A DNA stretch of 23,663 bases from Nitrospirota bacterium (GTDB lineage Bacteria; Nitrospirota; Thermodesulfovibrionia; Thermodesulfovibrionales; Dissulfurispiraceae). Where the stretch lies: assembly GCA_040754455.1 (NCBI GenBank), contig JBFMCP010000041.1, forward strand, positions 1-23,663, read 5' to 3'. Positions 1-8,975 of the stretch are shown one piece after another (the stretch's first letter is position 1; each line of letters opens with the position of its first letter). A program made the translations under genes and the position numbers. The notes beneath the pieces were generated by a model. The model ran no database searches. It was not told the origin of the DNA and worked only from the letters and a program-made list of their open reading frames with translations.

Positions 1-808
1 CCTTGACGGTATTGAGATAGAGCTGTTTTAAATTATCGTACAGCCTGAGCGTTTCGATGATATAGGAGATGCTGTTGTTGACAATGCTGACGAACTTTTT
101 CTCATACGAGGTGAAAAACCGCTTATTGCTATGCCGGAAAAAGGCAATGAACCCTATGACGCCGTCTTTTGTGGTGATCGGAGAGACAATCGCTGATATG
201 TGGTCTTCTATCGTGGAGAGGACGGTATCCGATCGCTGCCGGGCTATCTCGAAGATATTTTCTTCCTGTATCTTGAAGGATTCTTCCCGGGAGAGGTGAT
301 AGGCAGCAGTGATCGCCTTGTTATGGGTGTCTTTTATGCTGATGAACCCGTAATCGGCGCCGATTTTTTTCGATATCTCCCTGATGGACATCTCGCAGAA
401 GGTCTGCAGCCTCTTTATGCCGATCATGTTCTTCGAGAGATTGAAAAGGAAGTTGATCTGTTCCGACAGCTCCAGGATCTCCTCGCTCATCTGCAGTACT
501 TCGGTCTCTCTCTGGAGGAGCGCGCTGATTCCGGCGCAGCACAGCTCTATGGACTTTTCAGCGGTGGCGAGGACCTCCTCACGTTCGGCGGTGCATAAAA
601 GGCCGCTGATGCCGGCAATGGAATCGAGAGGGTAGATCTTTTTGCAGGGGAACTCGGCATGGCTGCTGCTCCTGATCATGATGCGCTGATTGTCCTTGTC
701 GAGAAGAAATGCCCGTATACCATGATCATCGTGCAGTGATACGATGAGCTGCTCCAGATACGCGATATCGGGCATTTGGTCGAGGATGCCCGGCAGGTTT
801 CTGCTCAT
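1..808 (-). CDS. GAF-like sensor with probable HD-GYP phosphohydrolase domain (partial; continues off the left edge)
   Basis: Not in the ORF track, so I translated it by hand. ATG at 808-806 overlaps the stop of the upstream receiver gene (ATGA). The frame stays open to position 1: MSRNLPGILDQMPD...IVSPITTKDGVIGFIAFFRHSNKRFFTSYEKKFVSIVNNSISYIIETLRLYDNLKQLYLNTVK. The GAF-like end and the 'LY..TVK(AL)' helix typically lead into an HD-GYP domain, but that domain is outside the window. Confidence 0.7.
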   Translation of the reverse strand, partial: MSRNLPGILDQMPDIAYLEQLIVSLHDDHGIRAFLLDKDNQRIMIRSSSHAEFPCKKIYPLDSIAGISGLLCTAEREEVLATAEKSIELCCAGISALLQRETEVLQMSEEILELSEQINFLFNLSKNMIGIKRLQTFCEMSIREISKKIGADYGFISIKDTHNKAITAAYHLSREESFKIQEENIFEIARQRSDTVLSTIEDHISAIVSPITTKDGVIGFIAFFRHSNKRFFTSYEKKFVSIVNNSISYIIETLRLYDNLKQLYLNTVK

Positions 809-1182
809 AGTGCAGCCTTCCCCACTATGCCGTTGACCGTTGTGAGCAGGTCATCTTTGGAAACGGGCTTGTTAAGGAAGCGGTTGGCACCTGCATCATA
901 GGCCCTTTTGATATCCTCCTCGCTCCCCAGGGAGGTAAGCATGACGACCGGTATCGCCGAAACGTCGGGGTCGGTCTTTATCAGGCGGGTTGCTTCGATG
1001 CCGTCCATAACCGGCATCTCGATATCCATGATGACCAGATCGGGTTTCCATGTTTTGGCCATTTCATATCCCTTCCGGCCGTTATCGGCTCTCAGGACCT
1101 TGTACCCGGCTTCCCTGAGGATCTTCCCCACAATACGGTGGATCATCATGAGGTCGTCGACAATAAGGATTATGCGCTGCAT
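805..1182 (-). CDS. Single-domain response regulator (CheY-like receiver)
   Basis: ILIVDD, DLVIMDIEMPVMDG, MLTS and NKP give a complete receiver motif set. ATG at 1182 follows a GGGGAG RBS; the ORF track extends to GTG at 1194. Confidence 0.93.
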   Translation of the reverse strand: MQRIILIVDDLMMIHRIVGKILREAGYKVLRADNGRKGYEMAKTWKPDLVIMDIEMPVMDGIEATRLIKTDPDVSAIPVVMLTSLGSEEDIKRAYDAGANRFLNKPVSKDDLLTTVNGIVGKAAL

Positions 1183-1313
1183 TAGCTCCCCCACTATGCA
1201 AACAGAAACAGATCGGATTAAACGGACTATGTATTTTTTCGGGGCTTTTGCGGAAACCTTTACCTATTACAGTGCCTTAGATTCCCCCGGCAGCAGGAAT
1301 GATTCTGAAAATC

Positions 1314-1342
1314 TTGCGATTTTTACGGAAGACTGCTACTAT
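1314..1342 (+). promoter_or_regulatory. Putative sigma70 promoter of yajC-secDF
   Basis: TTGCGA (1314-1319), a 17-nt spacer, then TACTAT (1337-1342) with an extended -10 TG at 1334-1335. Confidence 0.55.
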
Positions 1343-1416
1343 ATTAGGGTAATTTCACAAACACTTTCCTATAAGAAAGATACTACGAAACCCAATCTGC
1401 ACACAGGAGGTGTCTA

Positions 1417-1770
1417 ATGTTCTTTTTGATGAATCTCATTACTGAAGCATACGCGATGGGGCCTGCTCCACAGGGTGGGGGACAGTCGGGCGGGATCCAG
1501 GGAATGATCGGCAGTCTGCTCCCCCTGATACTGATTTTCGTTGTCTTTTATTTCCTCCTGATACGGCCGCAACAGAAAAAGGCAAAAGAGCACAAGCAGA
1601 TGCTCGAAAATATCAAGAAGGGCGACAAAATCATCACTGCCGGCGGAATTTACGGCGTCGTCGACAGCGTGGGGGCGAACACGGTTGTCGTAAAGATTGC
1701 GGAGAATGTTAAAGTGAAATTCGGCAAAGGCTATATTGCAGCTGTCCGACCGGCGTCGGATGAAGAATAA
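1417..1770 (+). CDS. yajC: Preprotein translocase subunit YajC
   Basis: TM segment plus FYFLLIRPQQKK and KGDKIITAGGIYG; AGGAGG RBS; lies upstream of secD. Confidence 0.97.
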   Translation: MFFLMNLITEAYAMGPAPQGGGQSGGIQGMIGSLLPLILIFVVFYFLLIRPQQKKAKEHKQMLENIKKGDKIITAGGIYGVVDSVGANTVVVKIAENVKVKFGKGYIAAVRPASDEE

Positions 1771-1780
1771 TTTGAACGAC

Positions 1781-1857
1781 AAATTCTAAATACAAAATCC
1801 TGAATCCTAAAAATGTACAGCCTTTTGTTTCGGGTTGAGAAAATGGGGTTGAGGGTC
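1781..1857. repeat. Degenerate heptamer array in the yajC-secD intergenic region
   Basis: AAATTCT AAATACA AAATCCT GAATCCT (1781-1808), then a looser G/T-rich arm in the same 7-nt phase: TTTTGTT TCGGGTT GAGAAAA TGGGGTT GAGGGTC (1823-1857). Confidence 0.6.
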
Positions 1858-1881
1858 TAAAAAAGGGAGGATAGTGTTGTA

Positions 1882-3507
1882 ATGAAAAAGGGGGTTTGGT
1901 GGAGAATAGCCCTGATCGCGGCAACGGTGGTTATTTCTCTCGTTTTCTTTTTGCCTAATCTGCCGCTCTTCCAGAGCATGCCGGAATGGTGGAAGAAGAG
2001 CATGCCTTCGAAGGGCATTGTCCTCGGGCTTGATCTCCAGGGCGGCCTGCATCTCGTCTTCGAGGTCGAAGGCGACAAGGCGGTCGAGATCGCGACCGAG
2101 AGAATCGCTTCCTCTCTGGGCGGCATGTTCGAGAGGAAAAAGATTCAGGCATCGGTAAAAAAAGACGGGCTGTCGGTGGTCGTATCGCCTGCGACGCCCG
2201 AGGTGCGAAAGGTGGTCGAGGAGACCTACCCGACGCTGGCATTGGTGGAAAGCGGCGGCAATGCGGTCAGATACCAGATGACGGCGAAGGAGCAGCAGCG
2301 GATCAAGGACACCGCTACCGATCAGGTCCTCGAGATCATCAGAAACAGGATCGACCAGTTCGGTGTCGCCGAGCCGATCATTCATCGCCAGGCGGGGAAT
2401 GAGATCGTTGTCCAGCTCCCTGGCGTAAAAGACCCCAAAAGGGCGGTCGAAATCATAGGCAAAACAGCACAGCTCGAATTCAAGATCGTTGATGATGAGT
2501 CACCTGTTGCCGCAGAGCTGCCCGCCTCGATTCTCCCCGGCGAGGAGCAGCAGCTCATCGAGCGCTTCAAAGAAAAGATCCCCGAGAACGATGAAATACA
2601 GTTCCAGAGGGTAGAGAATAAAGAGACCGGCTTGGTGACCAAACGGCCGATCCTTCTCAAGAAGGAAGCGCTCCTCACCGGCGACCTGCTCTCCGAGGCG
2701 CGCGTCAATATCGACCAGCGGTTCAATGAGCCTCAGGTTTCCATCACGTTCAATAGTGCCGGTGCAAAGATTTTCGAGGAAGTAACGGCGCAGAACGTAA
2801 AGAAACGCCTCGCCATTATCCTTGACAACAACGTCTACTCGGCACCGGTAATACAGGAGCGAATCAGTGGCGGGAATGCGCAGATTACCGGCAGCTTCAC
2901 CATGGAAGAGGCAAAGGACCTCGCTATCGTGCTGAGGGCGGGTGCTCTGCCTGCACCGTTAAAGACGCTCCAGAACGTAACCGTCGGGCCCTCCCTCGGA
3001 AGGGACTCTATCCAGGCAGGCACCATGGCCGGCATCATCGGCACCGTCCTCGTCGTCGCCTTCATGATTGTCTACTATAAGCTCTCCGGCGCTATCGCAG
3101 ATTTCGCTCTGGTGCTGAACGTCATTCTGCTGATCGGCGCAATGGCATCGCTCAATGCTACTCTTACACTGCCGGGAATCGCGGGCATTATCCTTACGAT
3201 CGGCATGGCGGTCGACTCCAATGTCCTCATGTTCGAGCGTATGCGGGAGGAATTGCGGGGGGGCAAGACACCAAAGGCTGCGATCGACAGTGGCTATAAA
3301 AAGGCATTCTGGACCATCTTTGACTCCCATGTCACGACGCTGCTCACTGCAGCGGTACTGTTCCAGTTCGGTACAGGGCCGATCAAGGGCTTTGCCGTCA
3401 CCCTGATGCTCGGCGTCGCGATCAATCTTTTCACCGCGCTGATAGGGACCAAGACAGTCTTTGACGTCATGTATTCCAAAAAGGAAGTTCAGGGGTTGAG
3501 CATATGA
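1882..3507 (+). CDS. secD: Protein translocase subunit SecD
   Basis: [56 protein letters not shown] motifs. Confidence 0.99.
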   Translation: MKKGVWWRIALIAATVVISLVFFLPNLPLFQSMPEWWKKSMPSKGIVLGLDLQGGLHLVFEVEGDKAVEIATERIASSLGGMFERKKIQASVKKDGLSVVVSPATPEVRKVVEETYPTLALVESGGNAVRYQMTAKEQQRIKDTATDQVLEIIRNRIDQFGVAEPIIHRQAGNEIVVQLPGVKDPKRAVEIIGKTAQLEFKIVDDESPVAAELPASILPGEEQQLIERFKEKIPENDEIQFQRVENKETGLVTKRPILLKKEALLTGDLLSEARVNIDQRFNEPQVSITFNSAGAKIFEEVTAQNVKKRLAIILDNNVYSAPVIQERISGGNAQITGSFTMEEAKDLAIVLRAGALPAPLKTLQNVTVGPSLGRDSIQAGTMAGIIGTVLVVAFMIVYYKLSGAIADFALVLNVILLIGAMASLNATLTLPGIAGIILTIGMAVDSNVLMFERMREELRGGKTPKAAIDSGYKKAFWTIFDSHVTTLLTAAVLFQFGTGPIKGFAVTLMLGVAINLFTALIGTKTVFDVMYSKKEVQGLSI

Positions 3508-4439
3508 TGGAATTAATCAAAAATCCGGATATAGACTTTATGGGCAAGAGGAAGTTTGCCCTTGCCTTTTCCGCTATCGTAGCGCTGATCGGCATCTTCG
3601 CCATTATCCAGATAGGCCTCGGCAACGCCAACCTGGGCGTCGATTTTGCGGGCGGCACCGCGGTGCAGATCAAGTTCGCCCAGTCCGTTCCTCTCCATGA
3701 GGTACGTGTGGCATTGGAGCAGGGTGGCCTCAGGGACTTCGATCTCCAGGACCTCCCCACGGAGAACAAGGTCCTCATAAGAGTAAAAAAGCAGGAAGAA
3801 AAGCTCGGTGGTGCAGCGGAAAAAATCACCCAGATCCTCTCTGAACGGTTTGGCGACAAGAGGCCGGTGATCGATTCAACGACGGAGATCGGACCGAAGG
3901 TGGGTTCCCGGCTCAGGCAGGATGCCCTCTGGGCGATCCTTGTTGCAACCGCCGGTATATTGGTGTACATTGCGTGGCGGTTCCAGTTCAGGTTTGGTGT
4001 CGGCGCGACCGTAGCGACCTTCCACGATGTCCTCGCCGTGCTCGCCGTCTTCTATATCTTCGGCAAAGAGATGAACCTTATCCTTCTGAGTGCGCTGCTT
4101 ACCATAGCCGGTTACTCGCTCACCGATACGGTCGTCGTATTCGACCGGATCAGGGAGAATATGAAGCGTTTTGCCAACTCCAAAGAGCCGGTAGAGAGCA
4201 TTATCAACAAGAGCATCAACGAAGTGCTCTCAAGGACCATTGTCACCTCGTTAACCGTCTTCCTTACCGCACTTGCGCTCTTCTTTTTCGGTGGGGAGGT
4301 GCTCCACGACTTCGCCCTTGCAATGCTGATAGGCCTTGTTGTCGGCACCTACTCTTCGGTTTTTGTAGCGAGTCCTGTGGTGCTACTGCTCCGCGGCAAG
4401 GGCAGCAGACGGCCTGCAGCAGCAGCCACGAACAGATAA
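3504..4439 (+). CDS. secF: Protein translocase subunit SecF
   Basis: [47 protein letters not shown] overlap with secD. Confidence 0.99.
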   Translation: MMELIKNPDIDFMGKRKFALAFSAIVALIGIFAIIQIGLGNANLGVDFAGGTAVQIKFAQSVPLHEVRVALEQGGLRDFDLQDLPTENKVLIRVKKQEEKLGGAAEKITQILSERFGDKRPVIDSTTEIGPKVGSRLRQDALWAILVATAGILVYIAWRFQFRFGVGATVATFHDVLAVLAVFYIFGKEMNLILLSALLTIAGYSLTDTVVVFDRIRENMKRFANSKEPVESIINKSINEVLSRTIVTSLTVFLTALALFFFGGEVLHDFALAMLIGLVVGTYSSVFVASPVVLLLRGKGSRRPAAAATNR

Positions 4440-4466
4440 GCCTGCAATGAGGCATCAATCGAGCAC

Positions 4467-4508
4467 CCGGCCGGTTGGCGGATACCCGCAGCCGGCCGGA
4501 TTTTGATT
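4467..4508 (+). terminator. GC-rich hairpin after secF (possible intrinsic terminator or attenuator)
   Basis: CCGGCCGGTTGGCGG-ATAC-CCGCAGCCGGCCGG followed by ATTTTGATT. Confidence 0.5.
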
Positions 4509-6281
4509 ATGGCGCGCAATGGTTCGATAGGCAGGTGGCTGGTCAACAGGACCAACCCTGAATATATCGACTATTTTTCACGAGTCTCATCGGTCTCGCC
4601 CATCTGTGCACAGGTCCTGGTCAACAGGGGAGTAAAGACGCCTGAGCAACTTACCGCCTTTCTCAATCCCGATCCAGGGAAATTGTCCGACCCCTTTGAT
4701 CTGCCCGGCCTCAAGAGGGCAGTCGAACGCATTAAAGAGGCGCGGCAGCGCGGCGAGCGCGTGCTTATCCACGGCGATTATGATGCCGACGGCGTTTCGG
4801 CAACGGCCATTATGGTCGAAGCGCTCCGCACCCTCGGCATCGATGTCCACTACTTCATTCCCCACCGGCTCAATCACGGCTACGGCTTCGGTATGCCGGG
4901 CATCGAAAAGGCAAAAGAGCTCGGAGCGAAGCTCATTATTACCGTTGATTGCGGTATTACCTCCTTTGAGGCGGTGGCGCTTGCCAATGCCTCGGGGATG
5001 GAGGTGATCATCACCGACCACCACGAACCGGTACGACGGAATTCGGAAGTCAGCCAACAAAGCATAGAAAACAGAATACAAGCTCCTGAAGACGGAGTGC
5101 AGAAGGCAGATATAGTTCTGCCGGAGGCATTTGCGATTGTCAATCCAAAGATCAGTGATGCACTGTCAGGCAGTGCGCATCTTTCCGGTGCCGGGGTTGC
5201 CTTCAAAATCGTCCAGGGGCTCTTCGGCAATGAGAGCGACATCGTTTATAAAGTGCTGGATATTGCGGCGCTGGGAACCGGCGCCGATGTGGTCCCGGTG
5301 CTCGATGATAACAGGATCATTCTCAAAGAGGGCATCAAGCTGGTCCAGTCGGGAGAGCGGATCGGCATCAAGGCGTTGAAGGAGGCAGCGGGCATACGTC
5401 CCGAGTTCTTCAGGACCTCATTGCTCTACTATGTGCTGGTGCCGAGGATCAATGCTGCCGGCAGGATTGCCGATGCAACGGATGTCGTGAGACTTTTGAC
5501 AACCCATTCAGAGGGGGAGGCCGAGACACTGGCCCGATGGCTGCACGGATTGAATGCAAAGCGGCAGGAGATCGAGGAAGCAGTATTCCAGGAAGCACTG
5601 CAGATGCTGGAGAAAGCGGACGCCCGGGGGCCCATTGTCCTCGCCTCTGCGGGATGGCATCTCGGCGTCGTAGGCATTGTTGCCGCGCGGCTTGCCGAGC
5701 GGTTCTACAGGCCGTCCGTGGTGCTTTCCATTGAGAACGGGATCGCCAAAGGCTCGGCCCGGAGCATACCTGCCTTTGACCTGCATTCCGGTCTCGCCCA
5801 GTGCGGGGAACTGCTGAAGCGGTTCGGAGGCCACAAGCAGGCTGCAGGCCTGGCGCTCCCTACGGAGAATATTGAACAGCTGAGAGCGATGCTCTCCCGC
5901 GTGGTCGACAACACACTCTCAGAAGATGATTTTTTCCCTGTCCTGAATATCGATGCAGCCGTGAACATTGCCGACATCAGCGTCGAGCTTATTGACGAGC
6001 TTGCGCGGCTCGAGCCCTTCGGTTATGGCAATGACGAACCGCTTCTCGGCGCAAGGGGCCTGGAGGTGATACAGCCGAAAATCGTCGGGAAAAATCACCT
6101 TAAAATGCGCCTGCGGCAGGGTGGCCGCCGTGTGGACAGTATCGGCTTTGATTTCGGCGACCTGCTGCCGCTCGTCGAAGAGAATTCTCACATTGATGCC
6201 GCATTTGTCCCCGCCATCAACGAGTGGGACGGCGGACGTTTCATACAGCTGAATTTGAAGGCAATAAGACCAACGCAGTAA
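4509..6281 (+). CDS. recJ: Single-stranded-DNA-specific exonuclease RecJ (with an in-frame insertion of about 25 aa)
   Basis: GDYDADG, TVDCG, TDHH, PRINAAGR, GSARS, FGGHKQAAG, EPFGYGN. Start is uncertain (TTG 4503 or ATG 4509). Confidence 0.98.
   Translation: MARNGSIGRWLVNRTNPEYIDYFSRVSSVSPICAQVLVNRGVKTPEQLTAFLNPDPGKLSDPFDLPGLKRAVERIKEARQRGERVLIHGDYDADGVSATAIMVEALRTLGIDVHYFIPHRLNHGYGFGMPGIEKAKELGAKLIITVDCGITSFEAVALANASGMEVIITDHHEPVRRNSEVSQQSIENRIQAPEDGVQKADIVLPEAFAIVNPKISDALSGSAHLSGAGVAFKIVQGLFGNESDIVYKVLDIAALGTGADVVPVLDDNRIILKEGIKLVQSGERIGIKALKEAAGIRPEFFRTSLLYYVLVPRINAAGRIADATDVVRLLTTHSEGEAETLARWLHGLNAKRQEIEEAVFQEALQMLEKADARGPIVLASAGWHLGVVGIVAARLAERFYRPSVVLSIENGIAKGSARSIPAFDLHSGLAQCGELLKRFGGHKQAAGLALPTENIEQLRAMLSRVVDNTLSEDDFFPVLNIDAAVNIADISVELIDELARLEPFGYGNDEPLLGARGLEVIQPKIVGKNHLKMRLRQGGRRVDSIGFDFGDLLPLVEENSHIDAAFVPAINEWDGGRFIQLNLKAIRPTQ
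5037..5113 (+). repeat. In-frame heptamer array inside recJ
   Basis: CGGAATT CGGAAGT CAGCCAA CAAAGCA TAGAAAA CAGAATA CAAGCTC CTGAAGA CGGAGTG CAGAAGG CAGATAT: 11 units, consensus about CAGAAnn. Confidence 0.75.
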
Positions 6282-6477
6282 ACAAAGAGCATACAGTGTT
6301 TACACACTCCTTAATTCATCAAAGTGGGCTAATGCAGAAACGGGTGCTCCAAGAAGTTGCCTCTACCAGCCTCTGCGTGATTTCCAGAGCAACGCACAAA
6401 TGTGTAAGCCTGACGACATCGCTCCAATTTTGATCTGGTTTGTGCCATAATACCATAGCTTTGTACGAGAGGTTGTC

Positions 6478-7278
6478 ATGAACGGAAAGCTGACGGTCCA
6501 GGATGTGCTGAAAAAGAAGCAGGACAAGCAGAAGATCACCATGATCACTGCGTACGACTACCCTTTTGCGCAGATTGCCGATGAGGCGGGAGTCGAAATA
6601 ATCCTCGTCGGCGATTCACTCGCCATGGTGGTGCAGGGACTCGATAATACTCTGCCGGTGACCATGGACGAGATGGTCTACCATACGAGGATGGTCTCGC
6701 GGGCCGTTAAAAGGGCGCTGGTAGTCGGCGATATGCCTTACCTTTCCTATCAGGTGAGCATCGAAGAAGCGGTCAGGAACGCGGGCAGGTTCCTCAAGGA
6801 GGGCGGTGCCCAGGCAGTGAAGCTCGAAGGCGGAAGAGAAGTGGTTCCACAGGTCGAGGCATTGGCGAAGGCCGAGATCCCCGTGGTTGCGCATATCGGG
6901 CTTACTCCGCAGGCGATCCACCGGGTGGGAGGCTACAAGGTGCAGGGCAAGACCGAGGAGGCTGCAAAGCGGCTCGTGGAGGATGCAAAGATGCTCGAGA
7001 GCGCAGGCGCCTTCTCGCTGATCCTCGAAGCGATTCCCGCGGACCTCGCCGGACAGATCACCGGGGATCTGAGCATCCCGACGATCGGCATCGGCGGCGG
7101 GCCGCAGTGCGACGGCCAGGTGCTGGTGCTCCATGACGTGCTCGGATTGTTCGACCGTTTCGTGCCCAAGTTTGTCAAAAAATATGCGAATCTTAAGAAA
7201 GAGGCGCTTTCGGCGATAAGACAATATAAAGAGGACGTCGAAAAGGGGATTTTCCCCGGAAAAGAGCATTCGTTCTAG
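6478..7278 (+). CDS. panB: 3-methyl-2-oxobutanoate hydroxymethyltransferase
   Basis: ITMITAYD, LVGDSL, VKLEGG, HIGLTPQ, TIGIG, DGQVLVLHD. Confidence 0.99.
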   Translation: MNGKLTVQDVLKKKQDKQKITMITAYDYPFAQIADEAGVEIILVGDSLAMVVQGLDNTLPVTMDEMVYHTRMVSRAVKRALVVGDMPYLSYQVSIEEAVRNAGRFLKEGGAQAVKLEGGREVVPQVEALAKAEIPVVAHIGLTPQAIHRVGGYKVQGKTEEAAKRLVEDAKMLESAGAFSLILEAIPADLAGQITGDLSIPTIGIGGGPQCDGQVLVLHDVLGLFDRFVPKFVKKYANLKKEALSAIRQYKEDVEKGIFPGKEHSF

Positions 7279-7288
7279 AGGGAGATAC

Positions 7289-7714
7289 ATGTCAAAGAAG
7301 TCGATACTGGTATGCGTCAAGAAAGACCTCGTCCATCCTATCAGCTACGCCTTAAGGACATTTGAGGGCAAAGTGGCTATCCGCTACCTGGACAATACGC
7401 GCCAGCTCGGGATGGTACTGGGTGATGTGGATAACTGCTGCACCGTAATCCTCGATTCGATCATCGGTGATGCCTCTACCCTCGACTTCGCTAGAGAGAT
7501 AAAAAACGACAAGCCTGACCTGAAAATACTCCTCGTTGTTTCTTCGGGGACGACAAAGGAAGAGATTGTGAACCTCATCCAATCAAAGGTCGTGAGCGGC
7601 GTGCTCATGAGGCCCTTTACCGCCGACCAGTTGAGCGATAACATCTACAAACTCTGCGGATTCCAGAAGCCGACGGATGTGCCGTGGTACATGAAGACGG
7701 GCCTGAAACCGTAA
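7289..7714 (+). CDS. Atypical receiver-domain protein
   Basis: The pattern (ILVCV, VILDS, PDLKILLVVS, GVLMRPF) resembles a REC fold, but the acidic pocket and KP lysine are altered. GAGGGAG RBS. Confidence 0.7.
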   Translation: MSKKSILVCVKKDLVHPISYALRTFEGKVAIRYLDNTRQLGMVLGDVDNCCTVILDSIIGDASTLDFAREIKNDKPDLKILLVVSSGTTKEEIVNLIQSKVVSGVLMRPFTADQLSDNIYKLCGFQKPTDVPWYMKTGLKP

Positions 7715-7732
7715 GATAATTCCTGCCAGGAG

Positions 7733-7763
7733 AGCAGTTCTCTTTGCAGCTGAACTGTTTTTC
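7733..7763 (+). terminator. Possible intrinsic terminator
   Basis: AGCAGTTC (7733-7740) pairs with GAACTGTT (7752-7759), followed by a T run. Confidence 0.35.
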
Positions 7764-7807
7764 TACGATTAAAGTTCAGTCATGAGCCGGCATGCTATGC
7801 TTTAATT

Positions 7808-8839
7808 ATGATCGAGATCGATGGAAGCTATGGTGAAGGCGGGGGGCAGATCCTGCGTACCTCCCTGAGCCTTTCGTGCCTCTTTAACCGGCCCTTCAGG
7901 ATTTTCAATATCAGAAAGAATCGCCCGAAGCCGGGCCTCATGCCCCAGCATCTGACCAGTGTGAAAGCGGCCCAGATGATATCTGATGCAGAGATGACAG
8001 GTGGTCAGATAGGTTCCACCGAGCTCACCTTCTCTCCGCGTGAAGTAAAGAGCGGTTCGTTCACCTTTGATGTGGGCACGGCGGGATCGACGGCGCTCAT
8101 CATGCAGACATTGCTGCCCGCGCTGATATTTTCGCAAGAGAAAGCGACGATAACATTGAGGGGAGGGACCCATGTCCCCTTCAGCCCTTCCTTTCATTAT
8201 CTCGATGGGATTTTCATCCCCTGGTTGAAGAGACTCGGCATGGAGGTAAGGCTCTCTATAGAAGCCTACGGGTTCTATCCGAAGGGCGGAGGGGTGATCG
8301 CCGCCGAGATATTTCCAGCAGGAGAGATCGAACCTCTGAGAGTTACGGAACGAGGAAAGGTTATCGGCGTCTATGGGTATTCCGGCGTCGGAAACCTCCC
8401 GCTCACCATTGCGGAGCGCCAGCGTAGAGGATGCGTCGAGAGGATCGAATCTTCCTATCCCGGCAAGTTTCCCATCGATATCGAGCTTCAGGAAGTGCCG
8501 ACGCCGGGACAGGGGACGTTCATATTTTTAGGAGCTGAAGCGGAGCGTGTCCGTGCGGGGTTCACCGGCATTGGTGAGCGAGGAAAGAGAGCCGAGATCG
8601 TGGGAGAGGAGGCAGCAAATGAGTTTCTCGATTACTATGCTGCCGATGCTGCCCTCGATCCGCATCTGCCCGATCAGCTTGTGCTTTATCTCTCAATGTG
8701 CAGGGAGAGCTCTGAATTTACGACCTCCCGCATAACACAGCATCTTCTGACTAATTTGTGGGCGATAGGGCGATTTCACAAGTTCGACTATGCTGTTGAG
8801 GGCGAGATTGGAAGATCAGGAAAGGTAAAAGTAAATTAA
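7808..8839 (+). CDS. rtcA: RNA 3'-terminal phosphate cyclase
   Basis: IDGSYGEGGGQILR, IRKNRPKPGL..QHL, GTAGS, GGTHV, GFYPKGGG, DPHLPDQL, TQHLLTN. Confidence 0.97.
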   Translation: MIEIDGSYGEGGGQILRTSLSLSCLFNRPFRIFNIRKNRPKPGLMPQHLTSVKAAQMISDAEMTGGQIGSTELTFSPREVKSGSFTFDVGTAGSTALIMQTLLPALIFSQEKATITLRGGTHVPFSPSFHYLDGIFIPWLKRLGMEVRLSIEAYGFYPKGGGVIAAEIFPAGEIEPLRVTERGKVIGVYGYSGVGNLPLTIAERQRRGCVERIESSYPGKFPIDIELQEVPTPGQGTFIFLGAEAERVRAGFTGIGERGKRAEIVGEEAANEFLDYYAADAALDPHLPDQLVLYLSMCRESSEFTTSRITQHLLTNLWAIGRFHKFDYAVEGEIGRSGKVKVN

Positions 8840-8975
8840 TGCAGGGTGTAGCCCAGATCGTTCACAGATAGTGCGGGAGGAGGGGGCTGGGTGTGGAAAG
8901 AAGCTTTGCTTTTCCTCCCGCCCATCCCTGCCCTTGCCCACGATTGAATGAGTTGATGAAACTATCATTAAAGCT

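Noticed and set aside
69..635. Plus-strand ORFs 69-299, 200-598 and 384-635, and similar antisense ORFs throughout the window
   Set aside because: They are shadows of well-supported opposite-strand genes and have no recognisable motifs.
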